64,000 nucleotides of DNA from an uncultured virus (IMG/VR IMGVR_UViG_3300025030_000084) (IMGVR_UViG_3300025030_000084), one strand, 5' to 3'; positions 26,689 through 36,443 are shown, counted from the stretch's first letter. Made by a program: numbers and translations. The notes: generated by a model not told the origin, from the sequence alone.

Positions 26689-27687
26689 TTATCTCCTTTT
26701 GGGTAAATTTGCGTGTTCGTTGCTGGTTTCGATAGCTGGTTTATTGGCATACTTGGTAGATTTCGTTTCGGCTTTAGCTGGGTGAAGACTAGCGTTGTTG
26801 GTTTTGTCATCAAACGGCATTCTTTTCATAGCCCTTCTGAGACTTTCAAACTTTTCACGGAAAGAAGAGCCGCAGTATATTTCAGGTACACCCGCCCTAC
26901 CTATATTTTTTGCATACCATTCTAAAGATTCTTTAATAAACGGTACAGCAACACCGTCTTCGGTGCGGAGCAATCTAAAGTCATTGGCCCAATTTTCCAC
27001 ATGTGTTCTTTTTATCTTTTTTACTTGCTTCGCCGCTATTATTTTTTCCAACCTTTCGGCAAATGGAAGATAACGTATATTGGAGGAGTTGATCTTTTTA
27101 GATTTTTTAGACTCCCTAACACCTAAACTTTCTGTCGGGGCGGTAGCCTCCGACAAAGAGGGTTTTGACTTTAAATCTTTAACTTCTTCTTTAACATCTT
27201 TGGTAGTGCTTTTTCGCATACCCCCTAGTGCTTTTTCGCTAGGGGGGGTGGTTCCGTTTGTCGCAACTTCATCGTGACAAAACATGCTAGGGGGTATGCG
27301 AAAAATCTCTTGGGGGTACGCTTCACCGTGCAGTAATTTATTATATGCTTCCACTAAAGGTCTGTAGCGCATTTTGTATGTATTATCAATAAACAACCTG
27401 CGTTCCATTTCACGAGCAACGCTTCCTGGTTTTATGACCGTTTGTACAATAATAAAACCAGCCTTGGATAAAGCAGAAACTCCTTTCGATATTGCGCGTG
27501 GTTCTACTTGTAGAACGATTCCCAACCAACGATTGGTGGCCCAACAACCTCTTGCGGATTGTGAAAGGTTGCGGATTACACCAAATAACAATTTCTCCAA
27601 TAGAGTCAATTCCGAATGCGCTAAAACTTCAACAGGGGTGCCGATTCCAGTAAAACCCACTTGCGCTTGTTTGTTATCATCTAACAT
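26689..27687 (-). CDS. Replication initiator (N-terminal HTH, lambda O-like organisation)
   Basis: LTLLEKLLFGVI...GCWATNRWL HTH; central repeat-rich linker; directly upstream of the DnaC-like gene. Confidence 0.75.
   Translation of the reverse strand: MLDDNKQAQVGFTGIGTPVEVLAHSELTLLEKLLFGVIRNLSQSARGCWATNRWLGIVLQVEPRAISKGVSALSKAGFIIVQTVIKPGSVAREMERRLFIDNTYKMRYRPLVEAYNKLLHGEAYPQEIFRIPPSMFCHDEVATNGTTPPSEKALGGMRKSTTKDVKEEVKDLKSKPSLSEATAPTESLGVRESKKSKKINSSNIRYLPFAERLEKIIAAKQVKKIKRTHVENWANDFRLLRTEDGVAVPFIKESLEWYAKNIGRAGVPEIYCGSSFREKFESLRRAMKRMPFDDKTNNASLHPAKAETKSTKYANKPAIETSNEHANLPKRR
27204..27305. repeat. Intragenic iteron/inverted repeats, candidate origin
   Basis: TAGTGCTTTTTCGC twice (27204, 27226); perfect 19-bp inverted repeat 27210-27228 / 27287-27305. 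Confidence 0.7.
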
Positions 27688-27952
27688 TATGAGCCCCTTT
27701 GAAAATTTCATGCACAACGAAGTAATATCTGCCGTCCTCCAATCGCAAAAAACCTTCACTCACAAGATTTTTAAAATGCCGCTCTATGGTTCTGATCGTC
27801 AATCTTAAAGCTTTGGCAAGATTATGTTTATCAAGAGTACAATAATTGTGTTCGCCTGCTTCGTTAATCAGAATTGCCAATAAAAGCTTTTCTGATAAAT
27901 TTAAACCTTTGTGACACATCAATGAATACGGTATATATATTTCTTCACTCAT
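27677..27952 (-). CDS. Small HTH protein
   Basis: IPYSL...LNLSEKLLLAIL...LAKALRLTIRTIERHFKNL. Confidence 0.7.
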   Translation of the reverse strand: MSEEIYIPYSLMCHKGLNLSEKLLLAILINEAGEHNYCTLDKHNLAKALRLTIRTIERHFKNLVSEGFLRLEDGRYYFVVHEIFKGAHNVR

Positions 27953-27955
27953 AAC

Positions 27956-28150
27956 CTAAACCTCCCCGAATAAATCCAACTGCCCTTTAACAACCCGTCT
28001 CTTCTTGTTGCCGAAGTCAGGGCAACGACTAGAAGTAATCTCAAACAGCGTTATAGCGTCTGATATCACCGGCAGCTTTAGAAAAGCACTCAAGGCTACT
28101 TCCCGCACATGGGTACACTTCTGGACCCTCTTGCACCTGAGACAAGACAT
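27956..28150 (-). CDS. Hypothetical Cys-containing protein
   Basis: CxxC..C..C; ends QLDLF (clamp-binding-motif-like). Confidence 0.55.
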   Translation of the reverse strand: MSCLRCKRVQKCTHVREVALSAFLKLPVISDAITLFEITSSRCPDFGNKKRRVVKGQLDLFGEV

Positions 28151-28159
28151 AGCTGCCCC

Positions 28160-28468
28160 CTAGTTCCAAAGGTTCAGAGATTTGAGTATCACCTGTGCTT
28201 TCTGTATGCTCTTGGGGGTGCAGCCTGAACGTTCAACAAAGTAATCCAGTGTAGGCTCCCGTTCTTTATCATACAGGCGGTTGTGTTCTTTCAGCGCCCA
28301 TATTGAAACGGCAAGTGTGCGTGTGCTTTGGGGCAGCTTAGTTTTGAATATGCTGTGAAGCACATAGGAGGGAATACATACGGACGATGCTAAATGGAGG
28401 GGCTTTACTGCGGGGAGTTCTTCGGGGGTATTTCTTTTAGGGGAACGAGAAACCATATAGTGTATCAA
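28160..28468 (-). CDS. Hypothetical HTH-like protein
   Basis: GGAGG RBS; C-terminal HTH-like pattern. Confidence 0.5.
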   Translation of the reverse strand: MIHYMVSRSPKRNTPEELPAVKPLHLASSVCIPSYVLHSIFKTKLPQSTRTLAVSIWALKEHNRLYDKEREPTLDYFVERSGCTPKSIQKAQVILKSLNLWN

Positions 28469-28555
28469 CCTCCCAAATTAAATAGAATTGTATTAGCGGG
28501 ACGCACTATAATAAAATCAGCACGTCCCGTAAAGAAGAACTGTATTATTTTGTTC

Positions 28556-29512
28556 TCATGCTGCTTCTTTGTAGTTGGAATAACCTTCCAGTAATAACTC
28601 GTTCATCAATGCGTCCGCCTCTTCCTGTTGCATTTCGCCGGGGTCACCTTGATCTAGTGTCAATAACTCCACTTCAACACCCCTTCCAGCTAGCAGGAGT
28701 GCCATTTTACGGGCTTGTTTCTGTGCTTCCTCTTCCCCACCATCGAATAGTATATGTACGGTTCTAAAGCGTTCTGCTAAAAGGTTACACTGACTGATAG
28801 TAAACGCTATTCCAAAGCAGCATACAGCCCCCGGACCCAACCGCCATACGTCCGCTATCCCCTCGACAAGCAAACAGGTATCACCCTTTGCCAAGTCTAA
28901 TCCATAGACAACCGTTTGATGGTCTATCAGTTCGTCTTCTTTTCGACAGGCTTTGTACTTGAGTTCTGACTTGCCTGTGTAGTCTCGCCCTTGATATGAC
29001 ACAACACGTCCATTAACAGTAATAGGAGCAATGATGCGAAACTTATAGCGCCCAAGATGATCAGTTCCTCGTAAGCCCCACACAGATTCAAGTCTGTAGG
29101 AATCATAACCCCTCCCTTCCAAGTAAGCCCTGTGACGTGCCATTGCAGGGGCACTTAGTGGTAAACTGCCGCTAGGGTATTCGCAAACCTTTTTGCTGCG
29201 CTCAAGGGCGGTTTTCGGCGCTTGTTCGTTGTCTCTTGTTCTGCGTCCCGCCCCATATTCCTTTTCAATCTCTTTTGCCCGTTCCCATGAGCAACCCAAC
29301 ATTGCCTTGATTACTGATAGCTGGGAATGCGTCCCGCACCGCCAACACTTCACAGCGCCCGTTCTGACATGCACCCCTAGATGCTCGTTACCGCCACAAA
29401 AAGGACATCCGGTGTTCACCCAGCCGGGAGTTACGTGCTTCCCACTGTCAACTATCTTAACATGGAAGTCTTGATAGAAGCGCACCACATTAAAACTCAA
29501 AGCGGCCCCCAT
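28556..29512 (-). CDS. DNA primase (Zn finger + TOPRIM)
   Basis: CPFC..H..CWRC Zn domain; SYQGR; LVEGIADV; FDGG; DPGE. Start at 29512 or 29500. Confidence 0.85.
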   Translation of the reverse strand: MGAALSFNVVRFYQDFHVKIVDSGKHVTPGWVNTGCPFCGGNEHLGVHVRTGAVKCWRCGTHSQLSVIKAMLGCSWERAKEIEKEYGAGRRTRDNEQAPKTALERSKKVCEYPSGSLPLSAPAMARHRAYLEGRGYDSYRLESVWGLRGTDHLGRYKFRIIAPITVNGRVVSYQGRDYTGKSELKYKACRKEDELIDHQTVVYGLDLAKGDTCLLVEGIADVWRLGPGAVCCFGIAFTISQCNLLAERFRTVHILFDGGEEEAQKQARKMALLLAGRGVEVELLTLDQGDPGEMQQEEADALMNELLLEGYSNYKEAA

Positions 29513-29691
29513 ACTTCTAAAACTCTGTAGTTGCAATCCTGAATGTGAATGCCTGTTATCCTGCTTGCGATTGACCCGCAACGGTAGGCAAGGAACGGGC
29601 CTGCTTCGTGCCAAGGTTCAGCGTGACAGAAGGGGCAGGTCGCATTAACCCTTCTTTCCGTTTCCTGTTCCTTTTCCCTCGGTGCTTGCAT
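29497..29691 (-). CDS. Small Cys-containing hypothetical protein
   Basis: GAGG RBS; CPFC...CGS. Confidence 0.4.
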   Translation of the reverse strand: MQAPREKEQETERRVNATCPFCHAEPWHEAGPFLAYRCGSIASRITGIHIQDCNYRVLEVWGPL

Positions 29692-30007
29692 TCTTTTCAG
29701 CCTCCTCGATAGCTTTAAAAATGGCATTACGGATGTTGAGTATGCAGTCCTGCGGTACGCCGTTTTGCAGAGTTTGCAGGGGTATGTTGCGGTCTATCCC
29801 GTACACCTTGCCCAGCGTGTTATTGAAGATCCTAACCATGACGTTAAGTCCCTCAAGGTTGATCGTGGTTTCGATCCGCGTAACGTGTCCGGTTCTGATC
29901 TGAATGTCTTTGATGACTTCGTAGATTACCAGCAGTGCGTTTTTACCCACGGGAGCCATCGGTGTAGTTGCGCAGTTAATTTGTTGGCTGATTTGGTTTT
30001 GCGACAT
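29645..30007 (-). CDS. Hypothetical protein
   Basis: AAGGAG RBS before ATG 30007. Confidence 0.6.
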   Translation of the reverse strand: MSQNQISQQINCATTPMAPVGKNALLVIYEVIKDIQIRTGHVTRIETTINLEGLNVMVRIFNNTLGKVYGIDRNIPLQTLQNGVPQDCILNIRNAIFKAIEEAEKNASTEGKGTGNGKKG

Positions 30008-30239
30008 TTTGATAAATCTCCTTTGCTGTGAAATAGTTGATTGCGTCAATTTCTGCGAATGTGCAATTGCGGATTTTAGCGGGGTCTGCGCTAATCCCCA
30101 AGCTGTCGTCCTTCAGGTTTACCAGCATCGGCCATCCTCGGTGGTCAGGGTTCCCGGCGTACCTCCAACACCCCCCTAGATACCACACATAGCTAGTGTG
30201 TTCGCCCTTCTTGGCGTAGTTATCAATCATGCTGGACAT
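29976..30239 (-). CDS. Hypothetical protein
   Basis: TAATG coupling, GGGGAG RBS. Confidence 0.55.
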   Translation of the reverse strand: MSSMIDNYAKKGEHTSYVWYLGGCWRYAGNPDHRGWPMLVNLKDDSLGISADPAKIRNCTFAEIDAINYFTAKEIYQNVAKPNQPTN

Positions 30240-30625
30240 TACTCCCCCGTTTTGAGTTTTGATATCCTATCTCTACTACCTGCCATGAGTTCCCTGAAAG
30301 TGGCGCAGGTAGTGTTATCGGCGCATGTTCCGTGGCAGATTATGTTGTCAACCCAATACGGCGTCTCCCCGTCAAACTTGCAGCGGTATTTGCAGTTTTC
30401 CGGGGGGTTCATGCTGTACCCGCCATGACCCTTGCCTTTATACTCCGACAGCCTAGAATCGACCTTTGCGCGGCCTGTAGCTATGTCTTCCACCGTCTCA
30501 TGTTCCCCTTCCGGTGAATACAACCAGAATTCGCCATTAGTCATGCGGCAAATCCGATACCCCTTATAGTCAAGGGTGCGTTGAATAGTGGGTTGCGGTT
30601 TCTTAGGGGTTGTTGTTCTTGCCAT
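30239..30625 (-). CDS. Hypothetical protein (starts MARTT)
   Basis: GGAGG RBS before ATG 30625; Cys-rich C-terminal half. Confidence 0.65.
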   Translation of the reverse strand: MARTTTPKKPQPTIQRTLDYKGYRICRMTNGEFWLYSPEGEHETVEDIATGRAKVDSRLSEYKGKGHGGYSMNPPENCKYRCKFDGETPYWVDNIICHGTCADNTTCATFRELMAGSRDRISKLKTGE

Positions 30626-30794
30626 GTTTAGCTTTCCTCCGCTGCTTTCAGAAGTCGTTGTGTAGCGTAAAAACCGGGTTTGCAATTGGTATGCATCAAC
30701 GTGAATTCTGTTAGACCTTCTGTGTTTTTATAGGATACCCTAGAAATCGCCTGTTTATTCATTTTTAACTTCTTTCTACAAAAGTGACACACTA

Positions 30795-31007
30795 TCATCT
30801 GAAGCTCTCCCCGTCCGCTTTCAACCCCGTAATCCGCATAGTAACCTTGACAACTTGGGCGCAGTCTTCGTGTACCCTGAAGTCCCGGCTAAGGCTGTTT
30901 CCTATGTCGAGATTAAAGAACTTGGCGGCGTCTCCCTTGGTTATGTTGATTGTACGGTATTGATACTTTTGAAGTTCCTTGCCACAAAAGAAACAGCAGA
31001 TAGCCAT
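30795..31007 (-). CDS. Hypothetical Zn-binding protein
   Basis: CFFC...HEDC. Confidence 0.5.
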   Translation of the reverse strand: MAICCFFCGKELQKYQYRTINITKGDAAKFFNLDIGNSLSRDFRVHEDCAQVVKVTMRITGLKADGESFR

Positions 31008-31008
31008 A

Positions 31009-31320
31009 TCATATCGCCCTCAGTATACGCTTGGTGACGAAATGGGAGATCGTCTTTTCATGGGTAATACCGGCGTCATTCAGCAGCTTCAATACCCAAT
31101 CTGCTTCAGCGGTATTGTAGCGTCCGATAAACTTTTTACCCGCCCTGGTAAATTCGTGCAATTCTCTAAGTCCGCCACCGTTGTACCTGAATCGGGCATA
31201 TCCAATATAGGGGGTGTCGATGACGCCAAATTTCCTACCTGCGAAAGAAAGAGATTGGCGTTGTCCGTTTATCCACCTTGTAACCATAGTATCTAATTGC
31301 ATTTGAAATCCGTTGTTCAT
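31009..31320 (-). CDS. Hypothetical protein
   Basis: ATGA coupling; C-terminal HFVTKRI similar to the upstream gene. Confidence 0.55.
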   Translation of the reverse strand: MNNGFQMQLDTMVTRWINGQRQSLSFAGRKFGVIDTPYIGYARFRYNGGGLRELHEFTRAGKKFIGRYNTAEADWVLKLLNDAGITHEKTISHFVTKRILRAI

Positions 31321-31589
31321 GGCGTCCTCGTTATCCTTTCGGTGACAAAGTGGGCGGTCAGTTCTTCATTGGTAAGGTTTGCGTCCTTCATGAACTGCAC
31401 TCCCCAACCATGTGCGGTTGTGACGTAATCTCCAATGTGCAATAAGTCTCCATCACAGTCATTTTCCAACACCCTATGTTTATTAGAGTATCCAACTGCA
31501 ACCAGAGTAAACACACGCCCTTCTAAAAACAGGAATGGGGCTTGACCCCTTGACCACAAATTGAATCTGTCACCAATCGGTATTGCCAT
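31317..31589 (-). CDS. Hypothetical protein
   Basis: AGGGG RBS; C-terminal HFVTERI. Confidence 0.55.
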   Translation of the reverse strand: MAIPIGDRFNLWSRGQAPFLFLEGRVFTLVAVGYSNKHRVLENDCDGDLLHIGDYVTTAHGWGVQFMKDANLTNEELTAHFVTERITRTP

Positions 31590-31590
31590 G

Positions 31591-33390
31591 TTATCCCCTT
31601 TCCTGCATACGATATAGTAAAGCCGTCAATAGATTGGTGCTTACAACCTCTTCACCGTCAAGAATGGTTGTGGCTTCGATTGCCTTTTCATCCAGCATAT
31701 AGGCCAAATCTTCTTCAATCGTTCCCTGCGCCATCAGGTAGTAGTTGTTACAACACTCCTTTTGTCCTATCCGATGTATCCTATCATCTGCCTGTGTATG
31801 TGCTGCCGGGTTCCAACCTAGCTCCATGGTTGCCGTGGCGCTTGCAGCCGTGAGGGTAAGCCCCACCCCTGCTGCTTTCAATTGCCCCACAAAGAGAGTC
31901 ACTTTCGGGTTGTTCTGGAATGCTTCTACAGCCTCATTCCTTTTGGTCCCTGTAACGCTGCCGTCAACCTTTACGGCACATTTACCAAACTCTTTCATGA
32001 TTGCTGCTATAACCGCTTTGTGTTCGGCAAATACAACAAGCTTCTTGCCGCTGTCGAGGTATGAGGCAATCCACCCTATACAAGCGTCAATTTTGCCTTT
32101 TACGGCGATTTCCTTGAGGGTGTTGATCTTGGCAAGGCCCGTAATCAAAGCAGCCTTATTTGCGGCAATTTCGCCCTTATTGCCCTTAATCCACCCCATG
32201 ACGTTAGATTCTGCCTGTATGTATTCCCTTTCGTTACAAATGGTAAGGGGTACAACTGATTTGATCTTGGGGGGTAAGTCTTTTAAAACGTCTTGTTTCT
32301 TGCGCCTGATACATGCAAGCTGTAACAGCTTATGCAATCCCTTAGCTGCGTCCTTGGTTCTGGTTTCCTTGCTGTATCTCTGCTGAAACTTCCAGAATGA
32401 AGAAAAGAGATCCGGCCTAACAAGGTGCAACGCGTTGAAACATTCCTCAACCTTGTTTTCTATCAGAGTACCTGTTAACGGTAACTTCTTGGGTATCTGT
32501 TTACCTAAGTCCATACAGGCCATAGTCTGCAATGCCTTGGGGTTCTTCATTGCCTGCGCTTCGTCATAAATGATTATCGCAGGTTCCATTTCTGCTAGTT
32601 CGTCAAACCAATCAATCAGAATGGAATAGTTGATAATAAAGATTCCGTAGTCCGGCATTTTACAGGGGGTAAGCTTCAACCGCCCTTTCTTCAGTGTGAC
32701 GTGTTCGCATATCTGTTTAGTCTGTCCTGAAAGCATGTATACTTGGTTGTCTTCGTTATCAGGCAACCACATAAAAACCTCTTTAGCCCAATTGAGTTTA
32801 AGAGAGGCGGGGCACACGATAACAGCGGGGCGGTCTTCAGGGTGTAATGCGAGGTAAGCTAGGGATTGCGCAGTTTTGCCTAATCCGGGTTCGTCCCCCA
32901 CTATGCAAGAACCGTTGTTTGCTTCTATAAAGGCAACACCTTCATGCTGATAATGGAATAAGTCCTTTTTCAGTTCGGGTATGCTAAAGTCAAGATTGAG
33001 TTTTTTAGGCTGTGTTGCCCGATGTTCTTTTTCCTGTAGTTCCTTCGTTATTCTAAAGCTGCCTTTGCGCAGGTAATACATTCCTTCAAGGGTAAAGGGT
33101 GCGGACCAGAGACTAAAGCCCCTGCGCTCCCCCTCGTATTTACGGTTCGTGATTTTCTTTACGGCGTCAACTATGGTCTTGGCTTTTCTGAAGCGAATAA
33201 GCACCCGTCCGTCCTCAGTGAGAGAGGCAAGGCGGTCAATGCTAGGGGGGAGGTTAGTCCCCCCTTTAATCGGGGTTTTTGGCGCTTTGTTACAGTATAG
33301 CTCTTTGATTCTTGCCAGCTTGTCCAACCTAAACCCCCTTGATAACGTGTATGAACCATGTCCCCGCCTCATGACTGACAACGGGGACAA
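31591..33390 (-). CDS. SNF2-family helicase (HARP/SMARCAL1-like)
   Basis: DEPGLGKT, VCPASLK.NW, DEAQ, LTGT, GVGLTLTAA, QADDRIHRIGQ. Start uncertain. Confidence 0.88.
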   Translation of the reverse strand: MSPLSVMRRGHGSYTLSRGFRLDKLARIKELYCNKAPKTPIKGGTNLPPSIDRLASLTEDGRVLIRFRKAKTIVDAVKKITNRKYEGERRGFSLWSAPFTLEGMYYLRKGSFRITKELQEKEHRATQPKKLNLDFSIPELKKDLFHYQHEGVAFIEANNGSCIVGDEPGLGKTAQSLAYLALHPEDRPAVIVCPASLKLNWAKEVFMWLPDNEDNQVYMLSGQTKQICEHVTLKKGRLKLTPCKMPDYGIFIINYSILIDWFDELAEMEPAIIIYDEAQAMKNPKALQTMACMDLGKQIPKKLPLTGTLIENKVEECFNALHLVRPDLFSSFWKFQQRYSKETRTKDAAKGLHKLLQLACIRRKKQDVLKDLPPKIKSVVPLTICNEREYIQAESNVMGWIKGNKGEIAANKAALITGLAKINTLKEIAVKGKIDACIGWIASYLDSGKKLVVFAEHKAVIAAIMKEFGKCAVKVDGSVTGTKRNEAVEAFQNNPKVTLFVGQLKAAGVGLTLTAASATATMELGWNPAAHTQADDRIHRIGQKECCNNYYLMAQGTIEEDLAYMLDEKAIEATTILDGEEVVSTNLLTALLYRMQERG

Positions 33391-33423
33391 CGATCATTAG
33401 GGTGACGGTGCCGATGATGTACT

Positions 33424-33612
33424 TTAGCATGACCGGACCCATGAACCGGCTTTCCACTTGGGAAACTTTTCGTGTATCTTTTCGATTACTGCGCGGGAAA
33501 ACAGGCAGTGCTCGGCGTGGAGGGGGATTATCATTTCAACCACGCGCTTGCGGGTAATGCCGAAAAGGGTCCGTGTGATTTCAATGGTAATTTTGGTTTT
33601 TTGCGGTTCCAT
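33424..33612 (-). CDS. Hypothetical protein
   Basis: AAGGAGG RBS. Confidence 0.55.
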   Translation of the reverse strand: MEPQKTKITIEITRTLFGITRKRVVEMIIPLHAEHCLFSRAVIEKIHEKFPKWKAGSWVRSC

Positions 33613-33635
33613 TGTGTTGCCTCCTTGTGATTGAA

Positions 33636-34253
33636 TTAAAGTTTGGGACATTCCCCGATGCGGTGAAAGTTGCTGTTGACAAACGTTTTCATTTCTTCGG
33701 GGATAACTACAGAATCACCTACAAGGCAAAGAGCGTGATAAAGCAGTTGTGCTTTTAACCTATCGTCCAAAATTGCTTTGGTTGAGGAACACTGCAAAGG
33801 CCACGCGGAATAATCCAAGTTTGCGCCCTGCAAGTTTGCGCCCTGCAAGTGTGCGCCCTGCAAGTTTGCGTCCTGCAAGTTTGCGCCCTGCAAGTTTGCG
33901 CCCTGCAAGTGTGCGCCCTGCAAGTTTGCGTCCCGCAAGTTTGCGTCCCGCAAGTTTGCGTCCTGCAAGTGTGCGCCCTGCAAGTTTGCGTCCTGCAAGT
34001 TTGCGTCCCGCAAGTTTGCGCCCTGCAAGTGTGCGCCCTGCAAGTTTGCGTCCTGCAAGTTTGCGTCCTGCAAGTTTGCGTCCTGCAAGTTTGCGTCCCG
34101 CAAGTTTGCGTCCTGCAAGTTTGCGTCCTGCAAGTTTGCGTCCTGCAAGTTTGCGTCCCGCCACAATGTAGTCAATAAAGCCTTGATGCTTTCAGCTTCA
34201 CCTTTTACGATAACAGCACCATTCCAGCGGTTTACAATAACGATCTCACTCAT
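33636..34253 (-). CDS. Pentapeptide-repeat protein
   Basis: About 22 tandem A(N/H)L(Q/R)(D/G) units, encoded by 15-bp repeats at ~33817-34160. Confidence 0.9.
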   Translation of the reverse strand: MSEIVIVNRWNGAVIVKGEAESIKALLTTLWRDANLQDANLQDANLQDANLRDANLQDANLQDANLQDANLQGAHLQGANLRDANLQDANLQGAHLQDANLRDANLRDANLQGAHLQGANLQGANLQDANLQGAHLQGANLQGANLDYSAWPLQCSSTKAILDDRLKAQLLYHALCLVGDSVVIPEEMKTFVNSNFHRIGECPKL

Positions 34254-34292
34254 GATGATTCTCCTTTATGTTGTTTTGGGTTTACATCCTAT

Positions 34293-34553
34293 TTACAGCA
34301 AGTGACTATAGGGGGATTGCATTGCTTTGATTTCGGGGGGGAGGCGTCCCTGCAACTCAATAAGCGCAAAGGCAATACGGTCGGGAATAACGTAGTTTTG
34401 CCAAAGGTACTGGATATGCAGCCATACGTTTTTCAGTCGGGGGTTGTTCCTTGCATGGTACGCATTGCAGGCGCATATCAGGTAGATGCAGGGGCGCTCT
34501 TTTATGGGGGTTGCTGATGGGGATTTACGGCGTGTAGGGATAGTAGTACGCAA
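34293..34553 (-). CDS. Hypothetical protein (starts MRTT)
   Basis: AAGGAGG RBS, TTG start. Confidence 0.55.
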   Translation of the reverse strand: MRTTIPTRRKSPSATPIKERPCIYLICACNAYHARNNPRLKNVWLHIQYLWQNYVIPDRIAFALIELQGRLPPEIKAMQSPYSHLL

Positions 34554-34665
34554 CGGTGTATCCTCCTTTTTCGCATGGCGGTCAGAGAATCATTGAAGGG
34601 TTACTTTCTATTGTTTGTCAGTATGAAAATGAACAGAATAAGCCAAAGCACGAAAAAGCACCCCC

Positions 34666-34695
34666 TTTATAGTTGAAAGCAGTTTAATCTGTCAA
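34666..34695 (-). promoter_or_regulatory. Sigma70-type promoter
   Basis: TTGACA-18 bp-TATAAA. Confidence 0.6.
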
Positions 34696-34716
34696 CCCGA
34701 GTTGTATTATTTTCTT

Positions 34717-34902
34717 CTAACATTGTTTCGTGGTTCTGAGCCATGCCCAAACATCCCCGGCTGTACCAGTCATGACCACGGCTCCATCCTTGAGTATGTC
34801 CTTGCGGTACAACCCGTCCGCTCTTCTTGTTGTGTAGCCTAAATCCGATAATATTTGATTTAGGCTTCTGTCGTCCGTTGCGTCTAGCTTAAACTTCCCC
34901 AT
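34717..34902 (-). CDS. Hypothetical protein
   Basis: AAGGAGG RBS. Confidence 0.6.
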   Translation of the reverse strand: MGKFKLDATDDRSLNQILSDLGYTTRRADGLYRKDILKDGAVVMTGTAGDVWAWLRTTKQC

Positions 34903-34917
34903 GACCAACCTCCTTGT

Positions 34918-35259
34918 TTAAATGATGTACCGCGCAATCATGCGGTTGAAGAAGTAGCGTTGTATGTAATTGGGGTGCGCGTCCTTGAGATTCTGCCTTA
35001 CAACCATCCGGCTGTAAGTCCCGTCCTCTACATCGTCCCCGTGCATTACATGTGCAAGGTTCCCGGCACGGTTCAGGAATACAACCCACTTGCCAGCACA
35101 AAGGGGATTCGCCTTAATGGTATCTGCCTTGTCTGCAATCCCCCGCAAATCAAATTGCGTGTAAACCATAAGGCGCTGAACCTTGGCTGTTACTTCAGGC
35201 GCTTCATTCTCCGGCGTCTTCATCTGTTCAGCTACCTGTTCTAGAGTAGTCAGTTTCAT
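34918..35259 (-). CDS. Hypothetical protein
   Basis: AAGGAG RBS before ATG 35259. Confidence 0.6.
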   Translation of the reverse strand: MKLTTLEQVAEQMKTPENEAPEVTAKVQRLMVYTQFDLRGIADKADTIKANPLCAGKWVVFLNRAGNLAHVMHGDDVEDGTYSRMVVRQNLKDAHPNYIQRYFFNRMIARYII

Positions 35260-35272
35260 TGTAGTATTCTCC

Positions 35273-35455
35273 TTAGTTGTGTATCGCAATGTTGTGTTTA
35301 GACAGCCAGTCCAGAAAATCAACAAGGTTATCAAATACCGGTGATTCCGCGTCATACTCTCCCCGCTTAAAATTCCATCGGGGTTTGTCAGGGTCGATTA
35401 GAAAAGTACCTATCTTGCCGGTTTTGCGGTCCCTGCACTGTATGACATAGTTCAT
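35273..35455 (-). CDS. Hypothetical protein
   Basis: AAGGAGG RBS. Confidence 0.55.
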   Translation of the reverse strand: MNYVIQCRDRKTGKIGTFLIDPDKPRWNFKRGEYDAESPVFDNLVDFLDWLSKHNIAIHN

Positions 35456-35469
35456 TTTGTACTTCCTCC

Positions 35470-35763
35470 TTATGTTGTTTGCGGTTTGGGCATATTGACC
35501 GGGGGGAGGGGGTTTTGCTTCAAGGCAAGGCTGGTCCGTATCATTAGCTCATCGTTAACAGCCTGCCGTGCTGCTTTTTTGGTCTTGAAACTAGCAGCGA
35601 CTAAAACCCCTGTAGCGAATTCGTAAACGTTGTACTTGCTGGGGTAAATGGGAGACTTTGCGATTATAAAGGCAATGCCTGCCATGCTTATGATGTCAAC
35701 TTTAGACTTGGGGGGCAATTCGTAATAACCAATAACCCCTTTTGTGTAGTATGCGATTTGCAT
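35470..35763 (-). CDS. Hypothetical protein
   Basis: AAGGAG RBS. Confidence 0.55.
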   Translation of the reverse strand: MQIAYYTKGVIGYYELPPKSKVDIISMAGIAFIIAKSPIYPSKYNVYEFATGVLVAASFKTKKAARQAVNDELMIRTSLALKQNPLPPVNMPKPQTT

Positions 35764-35774
35764 TTCAGGCTCCT

Positions 35775-36062
35775 TTATACTTCGATTTGTATTGTCACAG
35801 TGGCGAGAAAATTGCTTGTGTTAACCGTTATCCCTTCAGGCAATTCGTCAAGGTATTGCCAAGTCCGCTTTTGTTGCGCCTGAATAACGGCATGTTTCAG
35901 CATACCGTTAAATAAATCACAATTGTAATAATAGTGTTGATGCGGTCTAAGGTTACAATCGTGCTTTGTGACATTCACCTTGTAATCAATGTAAGGCTTG
36001 CCGTCCATTTTACGGACTTTTGTCTTATAGGTGATTAGCGCCTTTACCGTCTGCCGTGCCAT
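35775..36062 (-). CDS. Hypothetical protein
   Basis: AAGGGGG RBS. Confidence 0.6.
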   Translation of the reverse strand: MARQTVKALITYKTKVRKMDGKPYIDYKVNVTKHDCNLRPHQHYYYNCDLFNGMLKHAVIQAQQKRTWQYLDELPEGITVNTSNFLATVTIQIEV

Positions 36063-36176
36063 AAATAAACCCCCTTGTAAGCTTCTGTATTTGCCCCTCT
36101 AAAGGCTTTTAGCGCCTTACCCTATACACGGGGCTGGGGTAAGGCTAAAAAGGCTTTAAAACGGGTTCTCAGTTGA

Positions 36177-36443
36177 TTAAACTCCCTCCTTTATGTTACA
36201 TGCTGCAATCCACAAAATACGCCGCTGGTTTGCTTCATTGTCCATCAGTTCTATTACGGACCATGCGCCGTAGTCGGCAAGTTCTTTGCGTATCGATTCC
36301 GTGGCAATCTTTTTAAACTGCCTCTTGATTTTCGGATGCTGCAATAAAGCTTCAACGTCCGCGTCACAGTCTCCTTGATGTGAACAGCTTAAAGCTTGTT
36401 GACGGGTCATTTCTATTTCCACATAGTTCATCGATGCCCACAT
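36177..36443 (-). CDS. Conserved phage early hypothetical protein
   Basis: CSHQGDCDADV...EL.DYGAW...N..RILWIAAC. Confidence 0.6.
   Translation of the reverse strand: MWASMNYVEIEMTRQQALSCSHQGDCDADVEALLQHPKIKRQFKKIATESIRKELADYGAWSVIELMDNEANQRRILWIAACNIKEGV

Noticed and set aside
33817..34160. Tandem repeats as a CRISPR array
   Set aside because: Contiguous 15-bp units with no unique spacers; fully explained by the pentapeptide ORF. No cas genes in the window.
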